From the NCBI GenBank assembly GCA_963713865.1, contig OY970208.1:2432001-2496000 (forward strand): a DNA stretch of 64,000 nt, in the 5' to 3' direction. The notes under the pieces were generated by a model. It was not told the origin of the DNA. It did not search any database and saw only the letters and a list, made by a program, of their open reading frames with translations. Numbering within the stretch: position 1 is the stretch's first letter; every line of letters starts with the position of its first letter. The position numbers were made by a program, and so were the translations under genes. Source of the DNA: an uncultured candidate division Zixibacteria bacterium (lineage in GTDB: Bacteria > Zixibacteria > MSB-5A5 > RBG-16-43-9). Below are positions 19,188 through 30,000 of this stretch, piece after piece.

Positions 19188-21080
19188 ATGATGGACGAAA
19201 AGATTCCTGAGAATCTAAAAAAGAGGTTAAGCAAGGACGGGTATGAAAAGCTCTCTAAAACAAACAACCCCGCTCTTTTCCAGTTCATTGCCAAATATGT
19301 TGAGCTGTGCAATCCGGAAAAGATCTTCGTCTGCGCGGATACGCCGGAGGATGTGAAATACGTGAGGGAATCAGCCCTGAAAAACGGGGAAGAGAGCAAA
19401 CTGGCAGTGAAAGGACATACCATCCATTTTGATAATTATAAAGACCAGGGAAGGGATAAGAAAAACACCGGTATCCTTGTTCCCCAGGGTGTTAACCTCG
19501 GAACATCCATAGAGACCAAAGACAGGGATGCAGGCTTAAAAGATATTTATGAAATCCTTAAAGACATTATGAAAGGAAAAGAGCTTTATATCCCTTTCTT
19601 TTGTCTGGGTCCTTCAAATTCTATATTCTCCATCCCCGCAGTCCAGCTTACCGATTCAAGTTATGTGGCTCACAGTGAAACTTTGCTCTACCGGCCCGGA
19701 TATGCTGAATTCGTCAGGCAGGGCTCAAAGGCTCGCTTCTTTAAGTTCGTTCACTCCCAGGGCGAATTAGATGAACGAAAAACCTGCAAAAATCTTGACA
19801 AGCGTAGAATATTCATTGACCTGGAAGAGGATATCGTTTACAGCACCAATACCCAGTATGGCGGCAATACCATCGGATTAAAGAAATTAGCCATGCGACT
19901 GGCTATTAATAGAGGCTCTGAAGAAGGATGGCTCACTGAACATATGTTAGTGATGGGCATTCATGGTCCCAAAAAGAGAATTACTTATTTCTTGGGTGCA
20001 TTCCCTTCCCTCTGTGGCAAAACCTCAACTGCAATGTTGGACGGCGAAACCATAGTTGGCGATGACATCGCCTATTTGAGGAAGAAAGATGGGGAAGTCC
20101 GGGCAGTAAATGTCGAAAAAGGTATGTTTGGCATCATTATGGGAGTAAATTCCAAAGACGATCCCAGCCAGTGGAAAGCTTTGAATAATCCCGGCGAGAT
20201 AATTTTCTCTAATGTTTTAGTTGCCGAGGATAAAAAAGTATATTGGATTGGAAAAGATGGCGAAGCTCCATCTAAGGGTTATAACCATTCAGGTGAATGG
20301 CAGGCAGGCAAGAAAGATGCAGAAGGAAAAGAGATAAAATGTTCACATCCGAATGCCCGCTTCACTCTTTCGCTGGATACTTTAGATAATCTCGACCCCA
20401 AGCTTAACGATCCAGAAGGAGTGATAGCAGGCGGTATAGTCTATGGCGGAAGGGATTCAGACACCTGGGTGCCAGTTGAGGAGTCTTTCGACTGGCAGCA
20501 CGGTATTATTACCAAAGGCGCATCCTTGGAATCGGAAACAACTGCTGCCACTTTGGGAAAAGAAGGGGTCAGGGCTTTTAATCCGATGTCCAATCTCGAT
20601 TTTTTATCTGTGCCGGTTAGCAAATATATCCAGAGCAATCTCGATTTTGCCAAAGGCTTGAAAAAGCCTCCCCTGATTTTCTCCGTCAACTACTTCTTGA
20701 AAGACAAAGATGGCAATTTTCTGAACGAGAAAACTGATAAAAGAGTCTGGTATAAATGGGCGGAGCTGAGAGCTCACAATGAGGTTTCTGCCATAAAAAC
20801 TCCAACTGGCCTTATACCGAAATATGACGACCTCAAAAAACTTTTTAAAGAGGCTTTGAAAAAAGAATATACCCAGGAAGATTATAACAAGCAGTTCATG
20901 CTCCGGATACCTGAAAGCCTGGCAAAGATCGAGAGGATAAAAAAGATTTACGAGAATAATGCCCAGATCCCGGATGCACCTAAAGTTGTATTTGAGGAAC
21001 TGGAGAAACAAAAAGCCAGATTAATTCAGGCAAAGGATAAATACGGAGACTACATAACGCCGGACAAGTTTTTGTCCTAA
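19188..21080 (+). CDS. pckG: GTP-dependent phosphoenolpyruvate carboxykinase
   Basis: YGGNTIGLKK, EGWLTEHM, AFPSLCGKTS, VGDDIAY, HPNARFT. Confidence 0.93.
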   Translation: MMDEKIPENLKKRLSKDGYEKLSKTNNPALFQFIAKYVELCNPEKIFVCADTPEDVKYVRESALKNGEESKLAVKGHTIHFDNYKDQGRDKKNTGILVPQGVNLGTSIETKDRDAGLKDIYEILKDIMKGKELYIPFFCLGPSNSIFSIPAVQLTDSSYVAHSETLLYRPGYAEFVRQGSKARFFKFVHSQGELDERKTCKNLDKRRIFIDLEEDIVYSTNTQYGGNTIGLKKLAMRLAINRGSEEGWLTEHMLVMGIHGPKKRITYFLGAFPSLCGKTSTAMLDGETIVGDDIAYLRKKDGEVRAVNVEKGMFGIIMGVNSKDDPSQWKALNNPGEIIFSNVLVAEDKKVYWIGKDGEAPSKGYNHSGEWQAGKKDAEGKEIKCSHPNARFTLSLDTLDNLDPKLNDPEGVIAGGIVYGGRDSDTWVPVEESFDWQHGIITKGASLESETTAATLGKEGVRAFNPMSNLDFLSVPVSKYIQSNLDFAKGLKKPPLIFSVNYFLKDKDGNFLNEKTDKRVWYKWAELRAHNEVSAIKTPTGLIPKYDDLKKLFKEALKKEYTQEDYNKQFMLRIPESLAKIERIKKIYENNAQIPDAPKVVFEELEKQKARLIQAKDKYGDYITPDKFLS

Positions 21081-21184
21081 CCTGTTAACAGTAGGGGCGG
21101 GTTTCAAACCCGCCCCTACAAACGAACAAACTCACAAACTCTAAATTCTGGTGACAGTCCCGCTAAATCAGGATTTCGCTCCGC

Positions 21185-22972
21185 TTAACACGGCGATGGT
21201 CCGCCTTTGAAAAGATAATTGATTAAATATATTACATCGCTAACTGTTATTTTGCCATCACAATTGACATCTCCAACCGAGACCTCGGGAATAGGTGCAG
21301 GTCCACCTTTGAAAAGATAATTAATCAGATAGATTACATCAGAAACGGTTATTTTTTGATCTCCATTAGCATCCCCACGTTTGGCAGAGAGAAAAGTCCA
21401 GGTTTGAGTGGACCATCTTTCTGAATGTTTATCAAAAGCCCTTACCTTCCAATAATACCTTTCGATCACAAGAGTATCTGTATACAGGCTATTCGAAAGA
21501 CTATCATAGATTAGTGTTGAATCAGGATTGAAGCTCGAGGAAGTGCTTACATACAAGTCGTATTTAGCAGTATCCCATGGATCAGGGTCTGTTGCTGTTT
21601 CCCAGTCAAATGCCACAATGAAAGGTATAATTGCGCTGTCAGAAGGAGAAGTCAGTGCAAAGGAATTCGGAGGATAGTTCTGCCAATATTTTATGGTAAG
21701 GCAGTCTGCACCAGTTCCCCCAGCAATATAGACATTTCCAGAACCGTCCACTGCTATTGCAGTTGCCCCATCATTCACATACACGTTTGGATCACCGTAC
21801 CCTTTAACCCAGAGTTCATCTCCTGAGGAACTATATTTTACGGTGGCACAGTCGCTCCTCCATAATAGTCCGCTAAAACCTGTAACATAGACATTACCAT
21901 AAATGTCTATCGTCATATCATAAGGTATATCATGGTCATATGAGTTATACTTACTCACCCAGACTGTATCCCCAGCTGATGAATACTTTATTGTGGTATA
22001 CTCCGTATTAGAGATGCCTGTTACATAGGCATTCCCGGAACCATCAAGTAATATTTTGAATGCCTGATCGTCAATTCCCTCAATTTGATAGTATATATTA
22101 GCCCAGATGACGTTTCCATTTTGGTCATACTTTACTGTGGCAAAGTCATAGTTTGTTCCGGAACCATACCAGATAGATACTTGTCCTGTGACATAGACAT
22201 TACCAGAAACATCAACTGCTATGTCATTAGCATAATCATGGTAACCCCCCGGCCCGTCGTAGAATCTCATCCAAGCAGTGTCTCCATTGGGATAATACTT
22301 TATTGTGGTATAGTTATGATTAGACCAGGTTTGTGCACTCGGGCCGGTTACATAAATATTCCCATATCCATCCAATGCTATTGCGTTGATTACTGTCCCG
22401 GAATAGCCAGAAGCTGCTGTTCTTGACCACAATTCGTTACCATCTTTGTCATACTTTACTGTTAGAAAGGCGTAGTCGGATGAACCAGCTACATAGACGT
22501 TGCCCAAACCGTCAATAGCGATGGCATAGGCCCGATCATTGTTATAGTTTGGCCCGTTGTATCTTCTAACCCAGGCGGTATCTCCGTTAGGATAATACTT
22601 TATGGTTGCACAGTCATAATCAGCTATTGGAGTCACAAGAACCGTTCCGGTTACATAGACATTACCAGAACCATCAACTGCTAAAGCACGTGCTTCATCA
22701 GGTCCGTTTGCTTGTCCGTTGTATCTCCTCACCCAAGCGGTATCGCCATTCGAATAATACTTTATGGTGGCATAATCCATGCCTGTCCCACTGCCCAAAC
22801 TATTACCTGTGACATAGACATTTCCAGAACCATCCACTGCTATTGCATTAGCATAATCATCACCGTTTACTGGACCGTTGTATCTTCTCACCCAAGCAGT
22901 ATCAACCTGCTGAGCAAAGACGGGTAAAGCAAAAAAGAAAACAAGACACAAAACCAAAAGCACTTTAGACAT
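21185..22972 (-). CDS. Secreted SBBP beta-propeller repeat protein with C-terminal dockerin-like domain
   Basis: Repeated AIAVDGSGNVYVTG / DYATIKY...WVRRYNG; GDANGDQKITVSDVIYLINYLF duplicated; likely start MSKVLL after GGAGG. Confidence 0.8.
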   Translation of the reverse strand: MSKVLLVLCLVFFFALPVFAQQVDTAWVRRYNGPVNGDDYANAIAVDGSGNVYVTGNSLGSGTGMDYATIKYYSNGDTAWVRRYNGQANGPDEARALAVDGSGNVYVTGTVLVTPIADYDCATIKYYPNGDTAWVRRYNGPNYNNDRAYAIAIDGLGNVYVAGSSDYAFLTVKYDKDGNELWSRTAASGYSGTVINAIALDGYGNIYVTGPSAQTWSNHNYTTIKYYPNGDTAWMRFYDGPGGYHDYANDIAVDVSGNVYVTGQVSIWYGSGTNYDFATVKYDQNGNVIWANIYYQIEGIDDQAFKILLDGSGNAYVTGISNTEYTTIKYSSAGDTVWVSKYNSYDHDIPYDMTIDIYGNVYVTGFSGLLWRSDCATVKYSSSGDELWVKGYGDPNVYVNDGATAIAVDGSGNVYIAGGTGADCLTIKYWQNYPPNSFALTSPSDSAIIPFIVAFDWETATDPDPWDTAKYDLYVSTSSSFNPDSTLIYDSLSNSLYTDTLVIERYYWKVRAFDKHSERWSTQTWTFLSAKRGDANGDQKITVSDVIYLINYLFKGGPAPIPEVSVGDVNCDGKITVSDVIYLINYLFKGGPSPC

Positions 22973-23194
22973 AATACCTCCTTTGGCTTGAAAGTGTGGA
23001 TTCATTACTCTATTTTACTATGAATCTATGACGGGTGGGCGATTTTGTCAAGTGTATTTTGAAAGATTCTACTAAAAATTTTCCTACAAAATTAGAGGTA
23101 AAGAGGATAACAAGGGGGTAGTGCAGGTAGTTATTTTTTCTTGTAGGGGTGGGTTTGAAACCCACCCCTACAGATTTTTCAAGAAAGCCACAAA

Positions 23195-23683
23195 ATGTAT
23201 CTTGAAGATAGACAAAAGGATAAGAACTTTTCCAAGTTTTATCATGAGATTATTAAAAACGGTCTTTGGGCAAGATTATCTAATCCCGCTATTCGGGTAT
23301 ATGGAGTTATACTTATCTATGCCCATTATAAGACCGGCTGGTCTTATCCTACAGTAAAAACCCTGTCCCGTCTTTCCGGCGTAAACAAAAATCTCATATC
23401 CAGAGCCATCCGGGAACTTGAACATGTAGGTTTGATCAGGAAAAGCAAAATCAGGAAAAAATCTTACTTCAGGAATGGTTACCAGATTATCCCACATCCT
23501 TTAATCTTTCCTCATCTACTACCTGTAAAGATAAAGAAACGGAAATCCCCTTTAAAAGGGAAGGATGGAAGATTCAAATCAGTTCCATCAAAGATGGACA
23601 ATGATATTCCACTGAATATAGATACCCCTGTTCCATCTTTTGCGGATTCAGACACTTATCCACATTTAGTGGACAATAAATAG
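23195..23683 (+). CDS. HTH_36-like helix-turn-helix protein (replication-initiator N-terminal-like)
   Basis: LSNPAIRVY...SYPTVKTLSRLSGVNKNLISRAIRELEHVGLI. Confidence 0.65.
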   Translation: MYLEDRQKDKNFSKFYHEIIKNGLWARLSNPAIRVYGVILIYAHYKTGWSYPTVKTLSRLSGVNKNLISRAIRELEHVGLIRKSKIRKKSYFRNGYQIIPHPLIFPHLLPVKIKKRKSPLKGKDGRFKSVPSKMDNDIPLNIDTPVPSFADSDTYPHLVDNK

Positions 23684-24022
23684 AATACATAGAGATATAT
23701 ATTAGAGATATTTATTTAGAGCAGCTGACAAACAGAATTTCAACAATATATAAATCAGAATATTGAAATAAAGAAAAAGAGTTGTTCGTAGTGCGACCCT
23801 GCTTGTCCCGTCGTAGGCGGGATTAGGGTCGCCTAAGCGAGGCTAATCCCGCCAAACGGCGGGACGCACTACGATTTAAAAATACCCTCTTGCCAAAACG
23901 CGCACCCTCTCAAACAAATTTGAAGGTTCCACACTGTAATAAGTGAAAAAATGAAGCTTATAAATGGAAGGCTAAAATCTTCCTCTACACGTCGGGCATA
24001 AAACCCGACGCTAAAATCCTGT

Positions 24023-25618
24023 CTACTGTCTACTATAAATAACCTTTCCTCCTAAGATCGTCATATCCACTTCAGTTTCCAAAATCTCCTCTGGAGGAAT
24101 ACTGAAAATATCTTTAGTTAAGACCACAATATCTGCTAATTTATTAGTTTCCAAAGACCCTTTTTCTTTCTCTTGAAATTCAGCATAAGCGGAACCTAAA
24201 GTATAAGCTTTAATTGCTTGCTCTACAGTCAACGTTTGTAGGGGCATATTGCAATACGCCCCTGCGTCTCGTGTTACTGCAGAATATATCCCTATCATAG
24301 GATTCAAAGACTCAACTGGCCAGTCAGTGCCAAAAGCCAGGTGCGTACCCGCATCCAAAAGCGACCTGAAGGGATAAGCTCTTTTTAATCTTTCTTTTCC
24401 CAGTCTCTGTTCTAACCACTTTTTATCCGAACTCCAGAAAGCTGGCTGAACCGAGGCTATCACTCCTATCTCTGCCATTCGATCTATATCGGTTTTTTTC
24501 AGGACGCTACAGTGTTCTATTCGGTGCCTTCTTTCTCTTGATGGATTTAACCCCTGGACTTTCTGATAAATATTTAAAACTATTACATTCGTTCCATCCC
24601 CGATAGCATGAATCGCTATCTGATAACCTGACCTGTCTGCTTGAGAAACCATATATTCCAGCTCTTCTTCAGGTATTAGAAACACCCCTGATTTTCCAGG
24701 TTCATCTGCATAAGGCTCAAAAAGAAAAGCGGTGCGTGAGCCGAGAGTCCCATCTGCCATAATCTTAAGTAAACCTGGTTTTAAAAAATTACCTTTTTCG
24801 GGAAAACTTTTTATTAAGCTTGTCAACTCTTCAGGCTTTTTGATTAGCTCTAAAGGAAACCATTCGCTCACTCTCACTTTCAGCTCATTTTTTTCTAAAA
24901 GTTTCTTATAAACCTCAATCACTTCTAAATCAGAATTATCCTGAATACTCGTAATCCCGTATCTTTTAGCTTCTTTCATCGCTTCTCTGATTGCCAGGGT
25001 AAGCTCGTCCAGAGAAGGTTTAGGTATAATCTTCTCAACCAAATCCATTGCTTTTTCCATTAGAATCCCGGTTGGCTCTTCTGTCAGTCCATCTTTAACT
25101 ATAACGCCCCTTTCAGGAGAGGGAGTGTTGCTATTTATCCCTGCTAACTGCAAAGCTGTACTATTAGCCCAACCAATATGCCCATCCACCCTTTTCAGAA
25201 AAACAGGATTCTGAGGTGCTATTCCATCTAAAAAACTTTTGTCAGGCCAGTTACCCTGATTAAAAAGAGTATGATCCCATCCCCTGCCCAAAATCCAAGA
25301 GCCGGCTCGTAATTTAATGATCTTATTTTTTAGTCTTTTCTCTATCTCTTGAAAACTCTTGCAGTCCTTCAAATCAATCCTCAATAAGGTTAATCCCCCA
25401 CCTGCGAAATGCAAATGCGCATCATTAAATCCCGGTAAAGCCAGCCTTCCCTTTAAATCTATTACCTCAGTTTTTTTTGTGATATAACCTTTGGCAGCAT
25501 CCTCGCCCCCAGAATAAATAATCCTCTCTCCAGAAACCACTAAAGCACTCGCCCGGGGATTTTTATCATCCATAGTGGCGATTTTACCATTTAAAAGTAT
25601 TAAGTTGGCTTTCGACAT
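24023..25618 (-). CDS. Amidohydrolase 3 family (YtcJ-like)
   Basis: PGFNDAHLH, DGTLGSRTA, HAIGD, RHRIEH, FGTDWPV. Confidence 0.88.
   Translation of the reverse strand: MSKANLILLNGKIATMDDKNPRASALVVSGERIIYSGGEDAAKGYITKKTEVIDLKGRLALPGFNDAHLHFAGGGLTLLRIDLKDCKSFQEIEKRLKNKIIKLRAGSWILGRGWDHTLFNQGNWPDKSFLDGIAPQNPVFLKRVDGHIGWANSTALQLAGINSNTPSPERGVIVKDGLTEEPTGILMEKAMDLVEKIIPKPSLDELTLAIREAMKEAKRYGITSIQDNSDLEVIEVYKKLLEKNELKVRVSEWFPLELIKKPEELTSLIKSFPEKGNFLKPGLLKIMADGTLGSRTAFLFEPYADEPGKSGVFLIPEEELEYMVSQADRSGYQIAIHAIGDGTNVIVLNIYQKVQGLNPSRERRHRIEHCSVLKKTDIDRMAEIGVIASVQPAFWSSDKKWLEQRLGKERLKRAYPFRSLLDAGTHLAFGTDWPVESLNPMIGIYSAVTRDAGAYCNMPLQTLTVEQAIKAYTLGSAYAEFQEKEKGSLETNKLADIVVLTKDIFSIPPEEILETEVDMTILGGKVIYSRQ
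24238..24265. repeat. GTAG REP palindrome inside the amidohydrolase CDS
   Basis: gtaggggcatattgcaatacgcccctgc, compared with intergenic gtaggggcgtattgcaatacgcccctac at 47861-47888. Confidence 0.85.
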
Positions 25619-26124
25619 ATATCCTTATTTTTTTTACTGTAGAGGCGAGGTTACCTCGCTCCTATTATTATTTCTCAAGAATTATATCAAAAAAAATAGA
25701 AATTTGTCAAGGAGAAACTCTCCCCTCTCCTTTTCAAGGAGAGGGATCAAGGGTGAGGTTAAAAAAGTCCAGTGGTAGCATTGCCACTCCTTGGCAATGA
25801 AGAATATAAAATAAGTAGAGACGCATAGAGATGCATACGATGCATCTCAACAAAAGTATGAACGTCCTCACAGGAGTGACTACGCAAGGGCATCCCCAAA
25901 GCGAGTTTGGGGATGGTACTCTACTTTTTTCTCATTTCAGGGTGGCACCCTCAAACTCGTTTGAGGGTGCATATCCCTCCGGCATGGGGTTTATCAATCC
26001 CAATCTACTTTTTAACTTGCAATCCCTTTGTTGAATCATATCTTAAATAGAAAGCCAAAATGCTTAGCTCGGTAAAGGTATAAAACCTTTGCTACGCGAA
26101 CGAATAAATTCAAGGAGTTCAGAA

Positions 26125-26889
26125 ATGTCAGTACCAATCAATTTAAAGGGTAAAGTAACTTTAATCACTGGAGCATCCAGGGGAATAGGAAAAGCCACTG
26201 CCCTTCTTTTTGCCCAAGCCGGTTCTGATCTTATAATAAATTACTTCAGAAATAAAAAAGAAGCGGAAAAAACTGCATCTCAGGCAAAAGAATTAGGAGC
26301 TCAGGCAAAGATTTTCAAAGCGGACGTATCTTCAAAAACTCAATGCGAGAAGATGATTGATTTCGCTTTCAAAATATTTGGCAGAATCGACAATTTGATA
26401 AATAATGCCGGAATCTGGAAATATGCACCCATAGATAAGATGAGCCAGACTCAATTAAAGGAAACCCTGAGGGTGAATTTAGAGAGCGTCTTCTATCTGA
26501 CAGCTAAAGTGGTCCCGATTATGAAAAAGCAAGGCGGTGGCAATATCATTAATATCTCTTCTACTGCCGGGCAAAGAGGGGAGGCTAATCATTCCCACTA
26601 TGCCGCTTCCAAGGGAGCTATCATCAGCCTGACTAAATCACTTTCAACTGAGTTAGCATCATATAATATACGGGTTAATTGTGTTGCCCCGGGCTGGGTG
26701 GATACTGATATGAGCCATCGTTCCCTGATTGGAAAAGATAGAAACTGGATTTTAGATCAAATCCCTATTGGTCGGGCAGCTCAGCCCGAAGAAATTGCTC
26801 GAGCCATCTTATTCTTGGCTTCCGACTTAGCCACATTCATCACCGGTGAAGTAATTAACGTTAACGGAGGAGCAGTCCTGATAGGATAA
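26125..26889 (+). CDS. SDR oxidoreductase (FabG-like)
   Basis: TGASRGIG, NNAG, YAASK, VAPGWVDTDM; ATG at 26125 after AAGGAG. Confidence 0.88.
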   Translation: MSVPINLKGKVTLITGASRGIGKATALLFAQAGSDLIINYFRNKKEAEKTASQAKELGAQAKIFKADVSSKTQCEKMIDFAFKIFGRIDNLINNAGIWKYAPIDKMSQTQLKETLRVNLESVFYLTAKVVPIMKKQGGGNIINISSTAGQRGEANHSHYAASKGAIISLTKSLSTELASYNIRVNCVAPGWVDTDMSHRSLIGKDRNWILDQIPIGRAAQPEEIARAILFLASDLATFITGEVINVNGGAVLIG

Positions 26890-27074
26890 GAATTTATTAG
26901 ATTCTTAAACTATTTACAGCACATATTTTCATCTTATATTATTCATTTTTCATCTCACCTCTACCGTCTTACGTCTTACTCCTCACCTCTATTCTTCTAT
27001 AAATATCCATAAAATCAGTCTCCCCTTTATCGATATAGACTATTAGAGTAAATTTTAATGCAAGTCTGTCGATA

Positions 27075-30000
27075 ATGAAAAAAAGAATCAAAGCGATCTC
27101 AAGGTCTTCTGACAAAGTACCTATGGATATTATCAATAATCGATACCGGATCTTAAGAAAATTGGGCGAAGGAGGGATGGGATCAGTTTTTTTAGCAGAA
27201 GACAGCTTGGAGAACAATAAAAAGATCGCCCTCAAGACCATCAAGGCTGATCAACAGAGACTTCCCGCCTTAGAAAGATTCAAAAATGAGTTTAAATCAC
27301 TGACCGAGTTACACCATCCCAATCTGGCTGAAGTTTATGATTTTGGAATAATCCGGGGCTCTTCTTCCGGAGAGGAAGAATATTTTTTCACCCTGGAATA
27401 TGTTGAAGGTAAAGATTTCTTTGAAGCCTCTGAGAACCTATCTTGTGAAGAGCTGTATGAGTTAATCGTTCAAGTCTGCAGAGCTTTGGAATATGTCCAT
27501 TTAAGGGGTTTTCTGCATAACGACATAAAGCCAGAGAATATCCTCATCCAAAATCCGGGTAAAGGAAAGTATCTGGCAAAACTTATGGACTTTGGCCTGG
27601 CTGAGGAAAAACCTACCCCGGGCAAAATCAAAGGGACTGCGCACTACATTGCTCCGGAAATCGCCTCCGGAAAACCTTCGTCTCGTCTTTCAGATCTATA
27701 CTCTTTAGGAGTTGTGCTTTATCAGGTTTCAACCCGAAAGCTACCTTTCGATGGAAAAAGCCCAATAGAGATTTTGAAAAACCAGATAGAACAGGAGCCC
27801 GCACCACCGCAGAGGGTTAAACCCGATATCCCGGACCCACTCCAGACGATAATCCTGAAACTTCTTTCAAAGAATCCAGAGAACCGCTACCAGAGTGCCA
27901 ACGAGATCATTGAAGCCCTGAACAATCTGGCTCAAAAGGATTTCCAGATCGACATCCCGGATACCGGGGAAAGCTATCTGTTCAGTGGTAAATTCATCGG
28001 AAGACAAAAAGAACGCTCTTTATTTCAGGAATATCAGCAGAGATTACTCAAAGAAAAAAAAGGTGGTTTTATTCTAATTCGAGGGAGGAGCGGTATAGGA
28101 AAAACCCGCCTGCTGAATGAATTCAGATATAATATCCAGTTGAATAAACTGCATTACTTTTCTGGAAAAGTTATCTCTGAAAGCAGCACCCCATACCAAC
28201 CAATCAAAGAGATCCTGAAACAGGTAATTCCATTATTTGAGGAAAGCTCTCTCAAAAAATACATCTGGATTCTGCAGAAACTGATTCCGGAATCATTCCC
28301 CTCCAGATCCGAGGTCGAGCTGACCAGACTCAACCCTGAACAGGAAAAACTCAAACTTTACGACGCGGTTACTCAGCTCTTTTTGGAGTTCAGTGAATTC
28401 ATCCCTTCGGTATTTAGTTTCGACGATCTCCATCTGGCTGATCAATCCAGTCTGGAGCTTCTGAACTACATCTTCCGGAATATCAAAGGATATCCCACTT
28501 TGATCCTGGGAAGTTATCAGGATGAAGAAAAAGAAGAAAAAAAGGGGACTACTATTTTTGAAAACGAGTTCCAGGAACTTAAAGCTGAGGGACTTCTCAC
28601 CGAGATCTGTCTGGAGAGTTTTGAACTTCAGGAGATAGAAGAGCTTCTAAAATCTATGCTGGGGTTGGAGACTATCCCTTCTGGTTTTATTCAAAAATTA
28701 AAAGAGCTCACCGGAGGAAATCCATTTTTCCTGCAGGAGGTAATGAAAGCCATAATTGAGAAGAAGACTTTTTCCAGAAAAGACCTTCTCTGGTCCCTGG
28801 AGAAATTTGATTTCTCGGAGCTGAAGATCCCCAAAACCATGAAAGGGGTCCTCTCTGAGAGGATTAAAAAATTGGAACCTTCTCTCCTGAGCATTGCTCA
28901 ATGCTTGGCTGTTTTCAACCGAGCCACCCAATCAGAGCTTATACAAAAATCTTTATTCCCGCTTAAAGATGAATTGATAACCGGACTTAAGGCTTTGCAG
29001 AAAATGGAATTTGTAGAACTTGATTATGAAAGAGAAACTGAGGTCTATATTCTGAATAATGCCCAGCTTCGGGATGTGATCTATGAAGAGATGGATTCGG
29101 AATTAAGAAAAGAGATGCACCAGGCACTGGGACTTCTCTTGGAAGATTTCTACAAACAAAATCGAAAAGCTCATTCTGAGGAATTAGCTTATCATTTCAA
29201 CAGCTCACCGGATAAAAAAAGAGCTTTAAGCTATTCCCTCTTAGCGGGCAGACGCAGCAAGAAAATATATGCTAATAATGAGGCAATCAAATTCTTCGAG
29301 AATGCCCTTCTCCTTTTAGCCAAGAAAAATAATTATAAGGTTGAATCGAAAGTATTCGAGAACATCATCGAGCTCTACCAGCTCTTGGGCAAATACGACC
29401 TGGCCATTCAAAAATTTGAAGAATGGATTAAGATCTGTCCTGAACCCAGGAAAAAAGCCAGGGCCTATGAAAAAATCGGGATGATCTATGAGAAAAAAGG
29501 AGAATTTGATCTGGCTTTAGAGCATCTGAAAAAAGGTATAGAGTATCTTGACCCGGAAGAGAACACCTGGGAGATGGCTCGTCTCTGTTATGATTCCGGA
29601 TTTGTACACAGTCGTAAAGGGGAGTTCGATCCGGCTAAAGGATTTTACGAAAAAGCCCTTAAAATCTTAGAAGATAAAAATGACCATGCTTCTCAGAAAG
29701 AGGTTGGAAAACTCTTTAATGCTACCGGGGTGGTTCACTGGTATCAGGGTAAATATGATCAGGCAAGCGAATATTATTGGAAAAGTATCGAAATCTTTCA
29801 GAAAATAAAAGATGAGCAGGAGATTTCTTCTCCTTACAATAACTTAGGCAACATCTCTTTTGATCGAGGCAGTTACGATCAGGCTATCGAATATTACCAG
29901 AAGAGCCTTTCCTTGCGCGAGAAAATGGGGGACACCAATACCATAGCCGGTTCATACAATAACTTAGGAAATGCTTATTACAAAAAAGGAAGCTTTGCCG

